Shown here one piece after another: positions 13,260 through 25,229 of a DNA stretch of 64,000 nucleotides. The stretch is taken from NCBI GenBank assembly GCA_964016885.1, contig OZ024761.1, positions 12,710,001 to 12,774,000 on the forward strand, written 5' to 3'. The notes beneath the pieces are model-generated. The model worked only from the letters and a program-made list of their open reading frames with translations. It did not search any database and had not been told where the DNA came from. The position numbers and the translations under genes are program-made. Each line of letters begins with the position of its first letter. Position 1 is the first letter of the stretch. The stretch is from Eledone cirrhosa (Eukaryota).

Positions 13260-14721
13260 TTTATCTAGTCCTTCGCTCAAGATTAATCTATAAGTTTAGA
13301 TGTTTGCCTTCGTTTAAGTAAATATTACAGTAAGATTTTTAATATAAACAACTACAAAAAACAATTAATATTAAAACGAAAAAATTATCAATGATAAAAG
13401 AAGCGGATGCAACTTTTTTTTTTATAAAGTTATATTCCTGTTTCTTTAAAGAACATTTCATTTTTGTTCTATTGTAGGCGAAATAATGCAATGGTTTAAT
13501 AGGGAAGATATAACTTACGAATTATGTCTCTAACCGTGTAACGCTTTTTAAGTAGATAACTACAATTGAAAATACTAAAGAAATGGAACCAACAATTCAA
13601 TTTGAAAGTCGTCTAGTGACAGTGTATTACTGGTACTTTATTTTATCGACCCCGTAACGATGAAAGGCAAAAATGCAAATGCTTAAAATTTAAATTGCCT
13701 TAATTCTATCGTCTGCTGTTTCATTAAAGGGAGATTATCGTCTGTATTTAATTCTATCGTCTACTGTTCCACTAAACAGATATACCTCCACTATCGTCTC
13801 TATTTATACATTTTAACTTATAACTTATACACATTTGATTTGAAATATTTTATCTAGTCCCCCCTCTCAATATTATGATGATTTCTTTCGAATGAAACAG
13901 TTCTAGTCCTGTAGAAGCCATTTATATATATAATTGAACTGAGTTAAAAATTCACAATATTTATAATTAAATAAGCTCATATATATATGTGTGTATTTAT
14001 CTGTTTATTGTATTATATATAATGTGTGTATATACAGGATGTCCCCCAAAAATATATACACACTTCAACAGCATTCTAATAACTATTGCCTGTACAGGTA
14101 ATCAAAGTGTCAATCGAATGTTAGTTTCGTGTTTTAACAGTACAAATTTACAATACACACATAAAACCAGTGTATATACATACATGAGTGTGTATACACA
14201 TACATGAATGTGTATATACAATATATATGTATATATATATATAGACACATATATTCACGGTGCAACGGTACATTAAAATATAGATGCGGGAGAGGGGGTG
14301 TATATATAGGGGCGCTGGGGATAAAGGAGTGTAAAGCGTGTGTAATTGATATATTGAAGGAGAGGAGCGTGCAGCGATAGAGTAACAAATATATAGAGAG
14401 GGGGAGAGATGGTATTGAAGGGGAGGAGTGCAAAGCGAAAGAGTAGGAGATATATATAGAGACGGAACAGATAGAGAGAAACAGGCGTAAGTAACAGTGG
14501 AAGAGATATAGAGAGAGGTACTCTGATTGGTTGAAAATTAGCCAATGACATACGATCACCACCACGGCTATCCCCGAAAATTTTTTAAAGAAGCTAGGCA
14601 TATATGTTAGAACACGAAAAGTGAACATTCTGTGTTTCACACTTTTCGTGTTCTAACAGATAATGCTCGGTTTGTTTGACACGGTTTTCCGGTTATAATG
14701 TTTACTACTAATTCGTCTCTT

Positions 14722-14791
<70 letters not shown>

Positions 14792-15040
14792 CATAATAAA
14801 CAACACAATATAATTATTCCATTACTAAAGGTTTCAGGAAACTAGACGATCCTTTTTTCTACGGAAATACTTAACACACATAAATATATGTATATATATA
14901 TATGTATGTATATTTATGTGTGTATATATATATGTGTATGTATATTTATGTGTGTGTATATATATGTGTATGTATATTTATGTGTGTGTATATATATGTA
15001 TATGTATATATATTTGTGTGTGTATATATATTTATATATA

Positions 15041-15077
<37 letters not shown>

Positions 15078-15638
15078 CTATATATGTATGTATGTATATA
15101 TATATATTTATATATGTGTGTATATGTATATATATTTGTGTGTGTATATGTATATATATTTGTGTGTGTATATATATTTATATTTGTATATGTATATATA
15201 TATATCTATATATGTATGTATATATATATTTATATATGTATGTATATGTGTATATATACAGACATGGAGAGCTGTCGGCTCTCAACTGTTTGGCCCTTGC
15301 CATTCTGAGTTCAAATCCCGCCGAGGTTAATTTTGCCTTTCATCCTTACGGGGTTGATAAAATAAAGTACCAGTAATGTACTGGGGTAATTGCCGGCCTT
15401 GTGCCAAAATTTGAAACAATATAATAAGATAGATAGATGGAGAGAGATATAGAACACGTGATGGTGGTGGTGATGGTGTCGGTTGTGGTGGTATTGTTGG
15501 CGTTGTAATGGCAGTAGTGATGTTGATGATGTTGTTTGTGATGGTGTTAGCATTTGAGGTGATGAGGTTGTTGTTGTTGTAGGTGGAGGTGGTAGTGATA
15601 CACAATTTTAATTATTATACTTTCCTATTTCATTGCAG

Positions 15639-15726
15639 GTAAGACAGTTACAAGTTATCTCTAAACTGTTGATTTACAAAACACAAAACAAAACAAAGAA
15701 GTAAAGGTGATCTAATCATGAAAAAG
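15639..15726 (+). other. Candidate 88-nt exon / recursive splice site
   Basis: tttcctatttcattgcAG|GTAAGA at 15621-15644 and a strong donor AAG|GTAAGT at 15724-15732; ATG at 15718. Confidence 0.4.
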
Positions 15727-15758
15727 GTAAGTACACCTGTAAACTGAATAAATGTGAT

Positions 15759-16609
15759 TTAACCCTTTAGCATTTAAACCAGCCGTATCCGGCCAGAATT
15801 CCCTCACCTCTTTCTGTTCAAATCAGCTGTAACCTGTATTGTTCTCAAAATAAATATATTAAAATCTCACAGTTTCGATATTATGTGAGATGATTATGTC
15901 AAGATAAAGTCTCCGAGTTTCCTGCCAGTTGTTTTTGCCAATAAAAGCCTTCCTTTACCAGGAAAATATAATAGTATATATAGAGTAATGTAAATGCTAT
16001 GTGAGATAAAGCCTTTACCAGGAAAATATAATAGTATATATAGAGTAATGTAAATGCTATGTGAGATAAAGCCTTGACCAGGAAAATATAATAGTATATA
16101 TAGAGTAATGTAAATGCTATGTGAGATAAAGCCTTTACCAGGAAAATATAATAGTATATATAGAGTAATGTAAATGCTATGTGAGATAAAGCCTTGACCA
16201 GGAAAATATAATAGTATATATAGAGTAATGTAAATGCTATGTGAGATAAAGCCTTGACCAGGAAAATATAATAGTAAATATAGAGTAATGTAAATGCTAT
16301 GTGAGATAAAGCCTTGACCAGGAAAATATAATAGTATATATAGAGTAATGTAAATGCTATGTGAGATAAAGCCTTTACCAGGAAAATATAATAGTAAATA
16401 TAGAGTAATGTAAATGCTATGTGAGATAAAGCCTTTACCAGGAAAATATAATAGTAAATATAGAGTAATGTAAATGCTATGTGAGATAAAGCCTTTACCA
16501 GGAAAATATAATAGTAAATATAGAGTAATGTAAATGCTATGTGAGATAAAGCCTTTACCAGGAAAATATAATAGTAAATATAGAGTAATGTAAATGCTAA
16601 AGTGTTAAT
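15759..16609 (+). repeat. TTAA-MITE with ~11 tandem 60-bp units (15953-16600)
   Basis: Left end ttaaccctttagcattta; 60-bp periodic array; right end taaatgctaaagtgttaa. Confidence 0.92.
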
Positions 16610-17134
16610 CATGAAAAAGGTATTTTTATCTGTAAACTGTCAAGAATTATTACAACTATAGAGAGGAGGCTGTGGTCAACTAGTATAGCCCTTCTCGTAT
16701 TGATGCCATGCAGTACCAGGCTCCAAAACTATGGTTTCGCTGTGAGACAGGTTCAGACAAGTGGCCTGTCATTCCTCAACGCTGCCATCCAGTTCCACAC
16801 CTAAATGTGGTGGATGTAAAATCCACTGCCAAATTTACAGTCCTCGTCAGAGCAAGCTATGGCATGGCCAAATCTGGGCAGACTTGTGTCTCTCGAAGTA
16901 GACGACCCATCTTAACCAGTGCAAGCTTGGAAAAATGGCCGCTAAATGGTGATGAGGTGGGTGTGTGTATATATATAGATATATGTTGATTTTACACTTC
17001 ACTACTCGCAAGTATTTTTTAAGCTTCATATCATGTCTCCCTATTTTATCTGATGAGAACGCACATCCCATGATATTTGTTTTTGAAATGCGCATAATAA
17101 AATACTTGGAACTCTTTTAACCATCTTTTGATCT

Positions 17135-17186
<52 letters not shown>

Positions 17187-17303
17187 ATATATCATTTTAT
17201 GTCTGTTTTTCTTTGCTTGAAAGGGTGGTACAGATCCTCTTCAGCCTCTCTCCATTTGTTACAGTCCTTTGTCATCTTCTCTGTATATATATATATATAT
17301 ATG

Positions 17304-17341
<38 letters not shown>

Positions 17342-17419
17342 ATATATTCTGATGATTGAAAGCAAAATTCTTTGCTTTTAAGAAACCACTGGTAAATGGA
17401 ATAATTGCCTTATGTTGTT

Positions 17420-17422
<3 letters not shown>

Positions 17423-17457
<35 letters not shown>

Positions 17458-18222
17458 TGTATATATCATGTATATGTGTATATGTATCTATATATATGTG
17501 TATGTGTATATGTATATATATGTGTATATGTATATATATGTGTATATGTATATATATGTGTGTATGTATATATATGTGTGTATGTATATATATATGTGTA
17601 TATGTATGTATATATATATATATGTGTGTATATGTATGTATGTATATATATATATATATATATGTGTATATGTATGTATATATGTGTATATGTATGTATA
17701 TATGTGTATATGTATGTATATATGTGTATATGTATGTATATATGTGTATATGTATGTATATATATGTGTATATGTATGTATATATATGTGTATATGTATG
17801 TATATATATGTGTATATGTATGTATGTATATGTATATATATGTGTATATGTATGTATGTATATGTATATATATGTGTATATGTATGTATGTATATATATA
17901 TGTGTATATATATATGTATATATGTGTGTATGTATATATATGTGTGTATGTATATATATATATATATATATGTGTGTATATATATATATATATGTGTGTG
18001 TATGTATATATATATGTGTGTATGTATATATATATGTGTGTATGTATATATATATATATGTGTGTATATATATATATATGTGTGTATATATATATATGTG
18101 TGTATATATATATATATGTATGTGTATATATATATATGTGTGTATATATATATATATGTATATATATGTGTGTATATGTATATATATATGTATGTATATA
18201 TATATGTATGTATGTATGTTTA
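17423..18222. repeat. (TA)/(TG) compound microsatellite
   Basis: Direct reading. Confidence 0.96.
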
Positions 18223-18423
18223 TGTCAGGTCACCACTTGGTGCTACTGGTAACATGTATCCCAGTACAACCTGTCACATGGTCGGGTCGTTGGCGACTAA
18301 ACTGGCAACCCCACCAAGGTTTCTTAGTGAGGAGGGTGACTTTGGACATCCTGCAGGACTAAAAACAAAACCTGTCAAAGGGCAAAGGAGCTCTTAAGAG
18401 TCAATGGCCATCAAAAATCACTG

Positions 18424-19662
18424 GGAGAGATGACCCCTTAGCCTTTGTCAAGGCAGAATTCTAGGAGAAGGAAAACTCTGATATAACACCTGCAACCCTG
18501 ATGGTATCCAATGATGTTGACTTGTTCTTCTTTTTGGTAAATATCATCTTGGTTAAGCGAGTGGGACTGGCTTTGTGCAGTGCCTTTGCTCACTATAAAA
18601 GCTTCACGGCACAGGCATTGCTTTATATCTGGAGATCTCTCTGCACTTGTCGTCACATGGTACCATGGGCCCAGCACTATGTGTCAATGATTGTCACAAG
18701 TGTAGTGTTTGCACCAGAGTTTTCAAGTCGCTGGCTGGACTAAAAAGTCACACTCGTTCAGCGCATCGGTGGGGGTTCTCCTACATGGATATAAGGTAGT
18801 GGCCGTGCTCGAAGACGAGTTGGCAGCCACCATGTATATATATATGTATGTATATATGTATGTATGTATATATATATGTATGTATGTATGTATATGTATG
18901 TATATGTATCACCGGGAGAGATGACCCCTTAGCCTTTGTCAAGGCAGAATTCTAGGAGAAGGAAAACTCTGATATAACACCTGCAACCCTGATGGTATCC
19001 AATGATGTTGACTTGTTCTTCTTTTTGGTAAATATCATCTTGGTTAAGAGAGTGGGACTGGCTTTGTGCAGTGCCTTTGCTCACTATAAAAGCTTCACGG
19101 CACAGGCATTGCTTTATATCTGGAGATCTCTCTGCACTTGTTGTCACATGGTACCATGGGCCCAGCACTGTGTGTCAATCATTGTCACAGGTGTAGTGTT
19201 TGTACTAGAGTTTTCAAGTCGCTGGCTGGACTGAAAAGTCACACTCGTTCAGCGCATCGGTAGGGGTTCTCCTACATGGATATAAAGTAGTGGCCGTACT
19301 CGAAAACGAGTTGGCAGCCACCATGTATGTATGTATGTATATGATGTTGACTTGTTCTTCTTTTTGGTAAATATCATCTTGGTTAAGAGAGTGGGACTGG
19401 CTTTGTGCAGTGCCTTTGCTCACTATAAAAGCTTCACGGCACAGGCATTGCTTTGTATCTGGAGATCTCTCTGCACTTGTCGTCACATGGTACCATGGGC
19501 CCAGCACTATGTGTCAATAATTGTCACAAGTGTAGTGTCTGTACCAGAGTTTTCAAGTCGCTGGCTGGACTAAAAAGTCACACCCGTTCGGCGCATCGGT
19601 AGGGGTTCTCCTACATGGATATAAAGTAGTGGCCGTACTCGAAAACGAGTTGGCAGCCACCA
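18424..19662. repeat. Tandem triplication of a ~410-bp unit (third copy 5'-shortened), separated by microsatellites
   Basis: Near-identical copies at ~18424-18833, ~18914-19324 and ~19342-19662; duplicate ORFs in the track. Confidence 0.92.
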
Positions 19663-19706
19663 TATATATATGTATGTATGTATATATATATGTATGTATG
19701 TATGTA

Positions 19707-19739
<33 letters not shown>

Positions 19740-19770
19740 ATATATATATATGTATATATATGTATGTATG

Positions 19771-19804
<34 letters not shown>

Positions 19805-19906
19805 TGTATGTATATATATATATATGTATGTATATGTATATATATATATATACCGTCCAAACCCATGCAAGTGTCGAAGATGGACGTTAAACGATGATGA
19901 TGTATG

Positions 19907-19945
<39 letters not shown>

Positions 19946-20305
19946 GTATATATGTAAAGGCCCCCAGTTGTTGTCACAACACCTTTCTAAGAGAGGGAAA
20001 CTCTGAAAAAATACCTGCGGCTTCAGAAGCATCCGATGATGTTGGCCAGTTCCCCTTTTTGGGTAGTGTTTTCGATGCCCGGAGAGTGGGATTGGTCGAG
20101 TGCAAGGCCTTTCCCCACTTAAATAAACCCTTCAAAGCTCAGGCATTGCTTGGCCATACCCTAAAGGTGCACCATTTTCTGTAATCTGACAAGCGATTGC
20201 AATACTCCGAGCAGAGTTTGCAGCCATCATGTGTGTGTGTATGTGTGTGTAGAGATATGTGTGTATGTGTATATATGTATGTATATGTATATATATGTAT
20301 GTATG

Positions 20306-20336
<31 letters not shown>

Positions 20337-20574
20337 ATATATGTATATATGTGTATGTATATGTGTATGTATATGTATATATATATATGTATATGTATAT
20401 ATATATGTGTATGTATGTATATATATATGTGTGTGTATGTATATATATATATATATATGTGTGTATGTATGTATATATATATGTGTATGTATGTGTATAT
20501 ATGTATATATATATATGTGTATGTATGTATATATATATATATATGTTATATATATATATGTATATATATATATA

Positions 20575-21215
20575 TGTTATACCACTATTAGCCGCTAGAG
20601 GGTTCTCCCTAAAAATGAAAGGCAGGTTATACGATGCCTGCATACGAACAGCAATGCTGCATGGCAGTGAGACCTGGGCATTGTGTGCAGAGGATATACG
20701 CAGACTAGAGAGGAACGAAGCTTGCATGCTCCGCTGGATGTGCAATAGTAATATACGTGAACGGCAAAGCATAAATGAACTAAGGAAAAAATTAGAAATA
20801 AGAGGGATCAGATGTTGTTTACTCGAGAGAAGGCTACGTTGGTACGGTCACGTGATGCGCATGAAAGACGACAGCTGTATAACAAAGTGCAGGGCAATAA
20901 AGATAGACGGTAGCCACGGAGTAGGCAGACCCAGAAAAACATGGGACGAGCTGATAAATTCCGACCTCACACGCTTACACCTCTCCAAGACAATGTCACT
21001 GGACCGAGACCTTTGGCGGTACTCAGTAATAGAGAAGACCCGCCTTACCTAAATACAAAGTAAAACCTACTACAGTCAGTAGGCATCTCTATCAAAACAC
21101 ACCCCCGTCCCACCACCTCCACCCCACCCACACCGCCCCTTTCAATGTAAAGTTATGTTGGTCCCACAACATCCAGGCCGAAACAAATGAGATCGTGTAG
21201 GTGTCACGACAAAAA
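20575..21215 (+). mobile_element. RTE LINE 3' fragment
   Basis: [32 protein letters not shown] and GRPRKTW motifs; stop at 21050-21052. Confidence 0.9.
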
Positions 21216-21563
21216 AACACACAGTCCACGCTGTAAATGTGGCCATGTAGGCAACACGGTAAAAACCTCCCAGTCCGACACTGTAAATGTGGTTGGTGTT
21301 AGGAAGGGCATCCAGCTGTAGAAAACCCGCCAGACAGTCCACGCTGTAATGTGGCCGTGTAGGCAACACGGTAAAAACCTCCCAGCCCACACTGTAAATG
21401 TGGTTGGTGTTAGGAAGGGCATCCAACTGTAGAAAACCCGCCAGACAGTCCTATGCGAGCAAGACAACCACTCTTGCCTCAAGTGGGAAAACCCCCGTCC
21501 AAACCCATGCAAGCGTGGAACACGGACGCTAAACCTGATGATGATGATGATGATGATGATGAT
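21190..21563 (+). mobile_element. SINE 3' portion with internal ~120-bp tandem units and (GAT)n tail
   Basis: Repeated gttaggaagggcatccagctgtagaaa; near-identical inverted copy at ~32003-32493. Confidence 0.8.
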
Positions 21564-21724
21564 AAGTATGTTGTGCTCATAATAGTTTTGATACTAATAC
21601 ACTGGTTGGATGCTCTTAACACCAACGCCACTTTACAGCATGGACTGGTTGCTTTTATTCATGCCAGCAGCACTAGAGATGTTGTCTCACTGGAATCAGT
21701 ATATATATATATGTATATACGTAT

Positions 21725-22061
21725 CATCATCATCATTTCATTTTATGTCCACTTTTCCCTGCTTGCAAGGGTGGGACGGGAACTGATTCTGACATGATTT
21801 CTACAGCTGGATTCCCTTCCTAACACCAACCCCATTTACAGTGACTGCTGGGTGCTTTTTTGCCGTGGCACCTCCACGACCACTTTGCAGTGGAATGATA
21901 TGGACCCCAGTCCCTATCATCTCATTTCTACAGCTGAGTAAACTGGAGCAATGTGAAATAAAGTGTCTTGCTCAAGGAAACAACACATCACCCGGTCTGA
22001 GAATTGAACTCGCAACCTTTCGATTGCAAGGCCAATGCTCTAACCACTAAGCCATGTACCT

Positions 22062-22064
<3 letters not shown>
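21725..22064 (-). mobile_element. tRNA-derived SINE, full length, RTE-type tail
   Basis: Reverse complement of the family at 59502-59838 (A box TGGCTTAGTGG, B box GAGTTCAATTC). Confidence 0.85.
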
Positions 22065-22122
<58 letters not shown>

Positions 22123-22440
22123 CCCCCCCCCCCCCCGGAAAAAAATCCGAGTTGATGGATGTGAATCCGAAATATATAGGGACAATTAAATCTCTCCGAA
22201 GGTAACTCTTTCTCGTGTTGTTATTTTTATTTTTATCTGTTACGCTCTTTCCTTTCATTCCTCTACACGTTACAGTCTTATACACGCCACGCATCTCAAC
22301 GTACACCCACTTACATCTCTCTCTCCACCACCGGATCTTGTTACCCGGAGATTTACCCACCTGCATTGTCGAGGCTTCCAAACGACTTAAAGAAATTTAC
22401 CTTATTATTCCACAATGCTTCAAGCAAGCTTCAATACTCT

Positions 22441-22503
<63 letters not shown>

Positions 22504-22589
22504 GTATGTATAGATATATATGTGTATGTGTGTATATATATGTATGTGTGTGTGTATATATATGTGTGTACCTTTGTTGTGGTGGTCCT

Positions 22590-22639
<50 letters not shown>

Positions 22640-23122
22640 GTATGTATAGATATATATGTGTGTGTGTGTATATATATGTGTGTACCTTTGTTGTGGTGGT
22701 CCTATACATATATATTTATATATATATGTGTGTGTGAGTGTGTATATAACACAGTAAAGAGAGAAACATATTATTGTGAGTTTTTAACTCAACATTATAA
22801 TTTTGGTATATCTAGATACTACTAAAACTCTGTGATTGTGTGGTTGTCTGTTATTTAATGCAGCCAAAATGGCACATAAGGCTCTGTAACCCAGAGAATA
22901 CTGTCCGTGTGGGGGAGAAGTTATTATGAATAAAACAAAACGAGACCACACGGGACAGTCGTGTTCCATAAGCCAAACTGAAGGAAGCTTGGCTAGTTTT
23001 CTTGTCTACGACACTTGAACAGGTAAAAGACTGGAGTCAGTGAAATAGTTGCCTTGCATCATTGCTATGTGACGTGAGTTTCATTTTTGTAGTGGTCGGA
23101 AAGCACGGGGATGAAGCCTTAA

Positions 23123-23339
23123 CCCTTTAGCATTTAAACTGGCCATAACCGGCCAGAATTCTCTCACCCCCTTCTGTTCAAACTGGCTGTAACTAGCCAC
23201 TCATACTGATGTAAAGATATTGTTCTCAAAATAAATATCAAAATCTCATAGATTCGATATTATGTGAGATATTATGTGAGGTAAAGCCTTTACCGTGAAA
23301 ATACAGTCATATATATAGAGTAATGTAAACGCTAAAGGG
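23123..23339. mobile_element. Complete ~217-bp piggyBac-like MITE (reference copy)
   Basis: TTAA-CCCTTTAGCATTTA ... TAAACGCTAAAGGG-TTAA. Further full or partial copies near 6650-7030, 24590-25030, 29985-30630, 43991-44203 and 54154-54609. Confidence 0.85.
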
Positions 23340-23397
23340 TTAAGGTGATTTTAAAGGTGATGCCAACATTATTTGGGCAATATTACACTTTGGGTGT

Positions 23398-23595
23398 GGA
23401 TTGGCAGTATCGGTAGAGCGTCAGACACCATGCCTCGTAGCATAGAGTTATGCCCCTTTGCATTTTGAATTCAAATCCTGCTGAGGTTAGCTTTGGCTTT
23501 CATCCTTACAGGGTCGATAAAATAAGTACCAGTAATACACTGGAGTCGATTTAATCGACTTTTCCCTCCCCTTCAAATTGCTGGCCTTGTCCCCT
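23398..23595 (+). mobile_element. Second tRNA-derived SINE family (Nin/Deu-like central domain)
   Basis: TGGCAGTATCGG A-box-like, TTCAAATCC B box, and ctttcatccttacagggtcgataaaataagtaccag core. Other copies near 12625, 15290, 34355, 43685 and 56125. Confidence 0.75.
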
Positions 23596-23960
23596 TGTAG
23601 AGTTTTAGTTTATCTTGTTGACTCCAATAGTCAAAGCCTGACATATCTTTTTTGTAATGAACCTCAAGGGGGTTTCAATTTTCATAATACTTTATTTGAC
23701 AGGAAATGTTCAGGGATCTAGCCTACGTCGAGTTCGTTTCTCCAAAGATTAGCAAGAGGGGATGCGAGTTGATGTCAGCAATTCTTCAGGACATTAGCAG
23801 GGAACCTATCAGGGCGGGGCCTATTGTTGAGTTGTGTTTTATTTGGTTTATTGCCACTAAGACATCAGGGGTGCCAAATGTTATGTCACATAGTGTGTTG
23901 GGGGTTAATACCACTGATACAGCCCAGATCAACCATATCAAGATGGCTGAAAATGGAGCA
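23596..23960 (-). mobile_element. Degenerate, internally deleted CR1 LINE fragment
   Basis: Minus strand gives DVLVAINQIKHNSTIGP and DRFPANVLKNCHQLASPLANLW-like pieces, plus DMSGFDYW..DKLKLY resembling positions 340-400. Confidence 0.6.
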
Positions 23961-24213
23961 GTATTGTTTCTATATTATCTCGGTCATGGGTTTAGCATTA
24001 TCATGGAGGGTGTTATTCTCATCATTTAGAGGGCCAGCAGTGGAGACGGAAACCTTGTGTTTTTTTGGCAAAAAAAAAAGTACATTTTAGGATTGAGTCT
24101 GATCTTCTCAATGGCCCAGTCCTCCCCAATGGCCCAGTCCTCCCCAATGGCCCAGTCCTCCCCAGCTGTTCTTTGGTTATTGATGATGGTCTTGAGGCTG
24201 CTTTGGAGGTCAA

Positions 24214-24585
24214 GCTTGTAAACATTGATCGTGTTCACCACATGGTGATGAGTGACAGGCGATTGACTATAAATCTATAAGCCAGTGCTATTGGAATATC
24301 TCGTGAGAGAGTTGAGAATATTCTGCACAATGAACTTGGCATGTCAAAGGTTTCTGCCTGGTGGGTCCTACATCTTGTGACACCTGATCCAAAGAGTACC
24401 AGGCTGATCACATTGCAGCGAAATCTGATATTGTTTGAGGCAGATCCAGCTGGTTTCCTTGAACATTTCTTTTCCCAGGATGAGAGTTGGGTTTAACACT
24501 TTGAGCCAGAGAGACAATCCATGCAGTAGAACCCCCCCCCCCCCCCTTCACTTGCTCCAAAGAGGGTCGAGGTTATTTCATCTGC
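24214..24585 (+). pseudogene. mariner transposase fragment
   Basis: NIDRVHHMVMSDRRLT, IGISRERVENILHNELGMSKVSAWWVLHLVTP and QDESWV; contains stops and frameshifts. Confidence 0.85.
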
Positions 24586-25229
24586 AGAAAGAGGTGCGAG
24601 AATTCTGGCCGGATACAGCTGGTTTAACCCTTTAGCACTTACATTACTCTATATATACTATTGTATTTCCGCGGTAAAGGCTTTACCTCACATCATATCA
24701 AATCTATGAGATTTTGATATTATTTATTTTGAGAACAATACCTTAACGTCAGTATGAGTGGCCAGTTATGGCCAGTTTGAACAGAAAGAGGTGAGAATTC
24801 TGGCCAGATACAGCCAGTTTAACTCATTAGCATTTAAATCGGCCATATCCGGCCAGAATTCTCTCACCTCTTTCTGTTAAAACCAGCCATAACTGGCTGC
24901 TCATACTTATTTGAAGGTATTGTTCTCAAAATAAATATCAAGTTCTCATAGATTCAATATCATGTGAGATAAAGTGTTTATGGTGAAAATAGAAAGTAAA
25001 TATAGAGTAATCTAAATACTAAAGGGTTAATCAGCCAATCATGTGACCACAACTGATTACGAGGCTACAATGTGGGAAGGTGGGTTGTGTATTTCTACTA
25101 CTGAAGTTCAATGCTGTGACTGATGATGATTGGGAACTCCAAAATATGTCATTGATGTTGTTTATCGGTTGTTACAGTGGACAACTATGGCTGGCTACTT
25201 GTTTGACAGCTTGGCAGTATTTGTCTTCT

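Noticed and set aside
22864-23022. Possible exon (tgcag ... cag|gtaaaa)
   Set aside because: Stops in all three frames and no SSU72 similarity; splice signals are only moderate.
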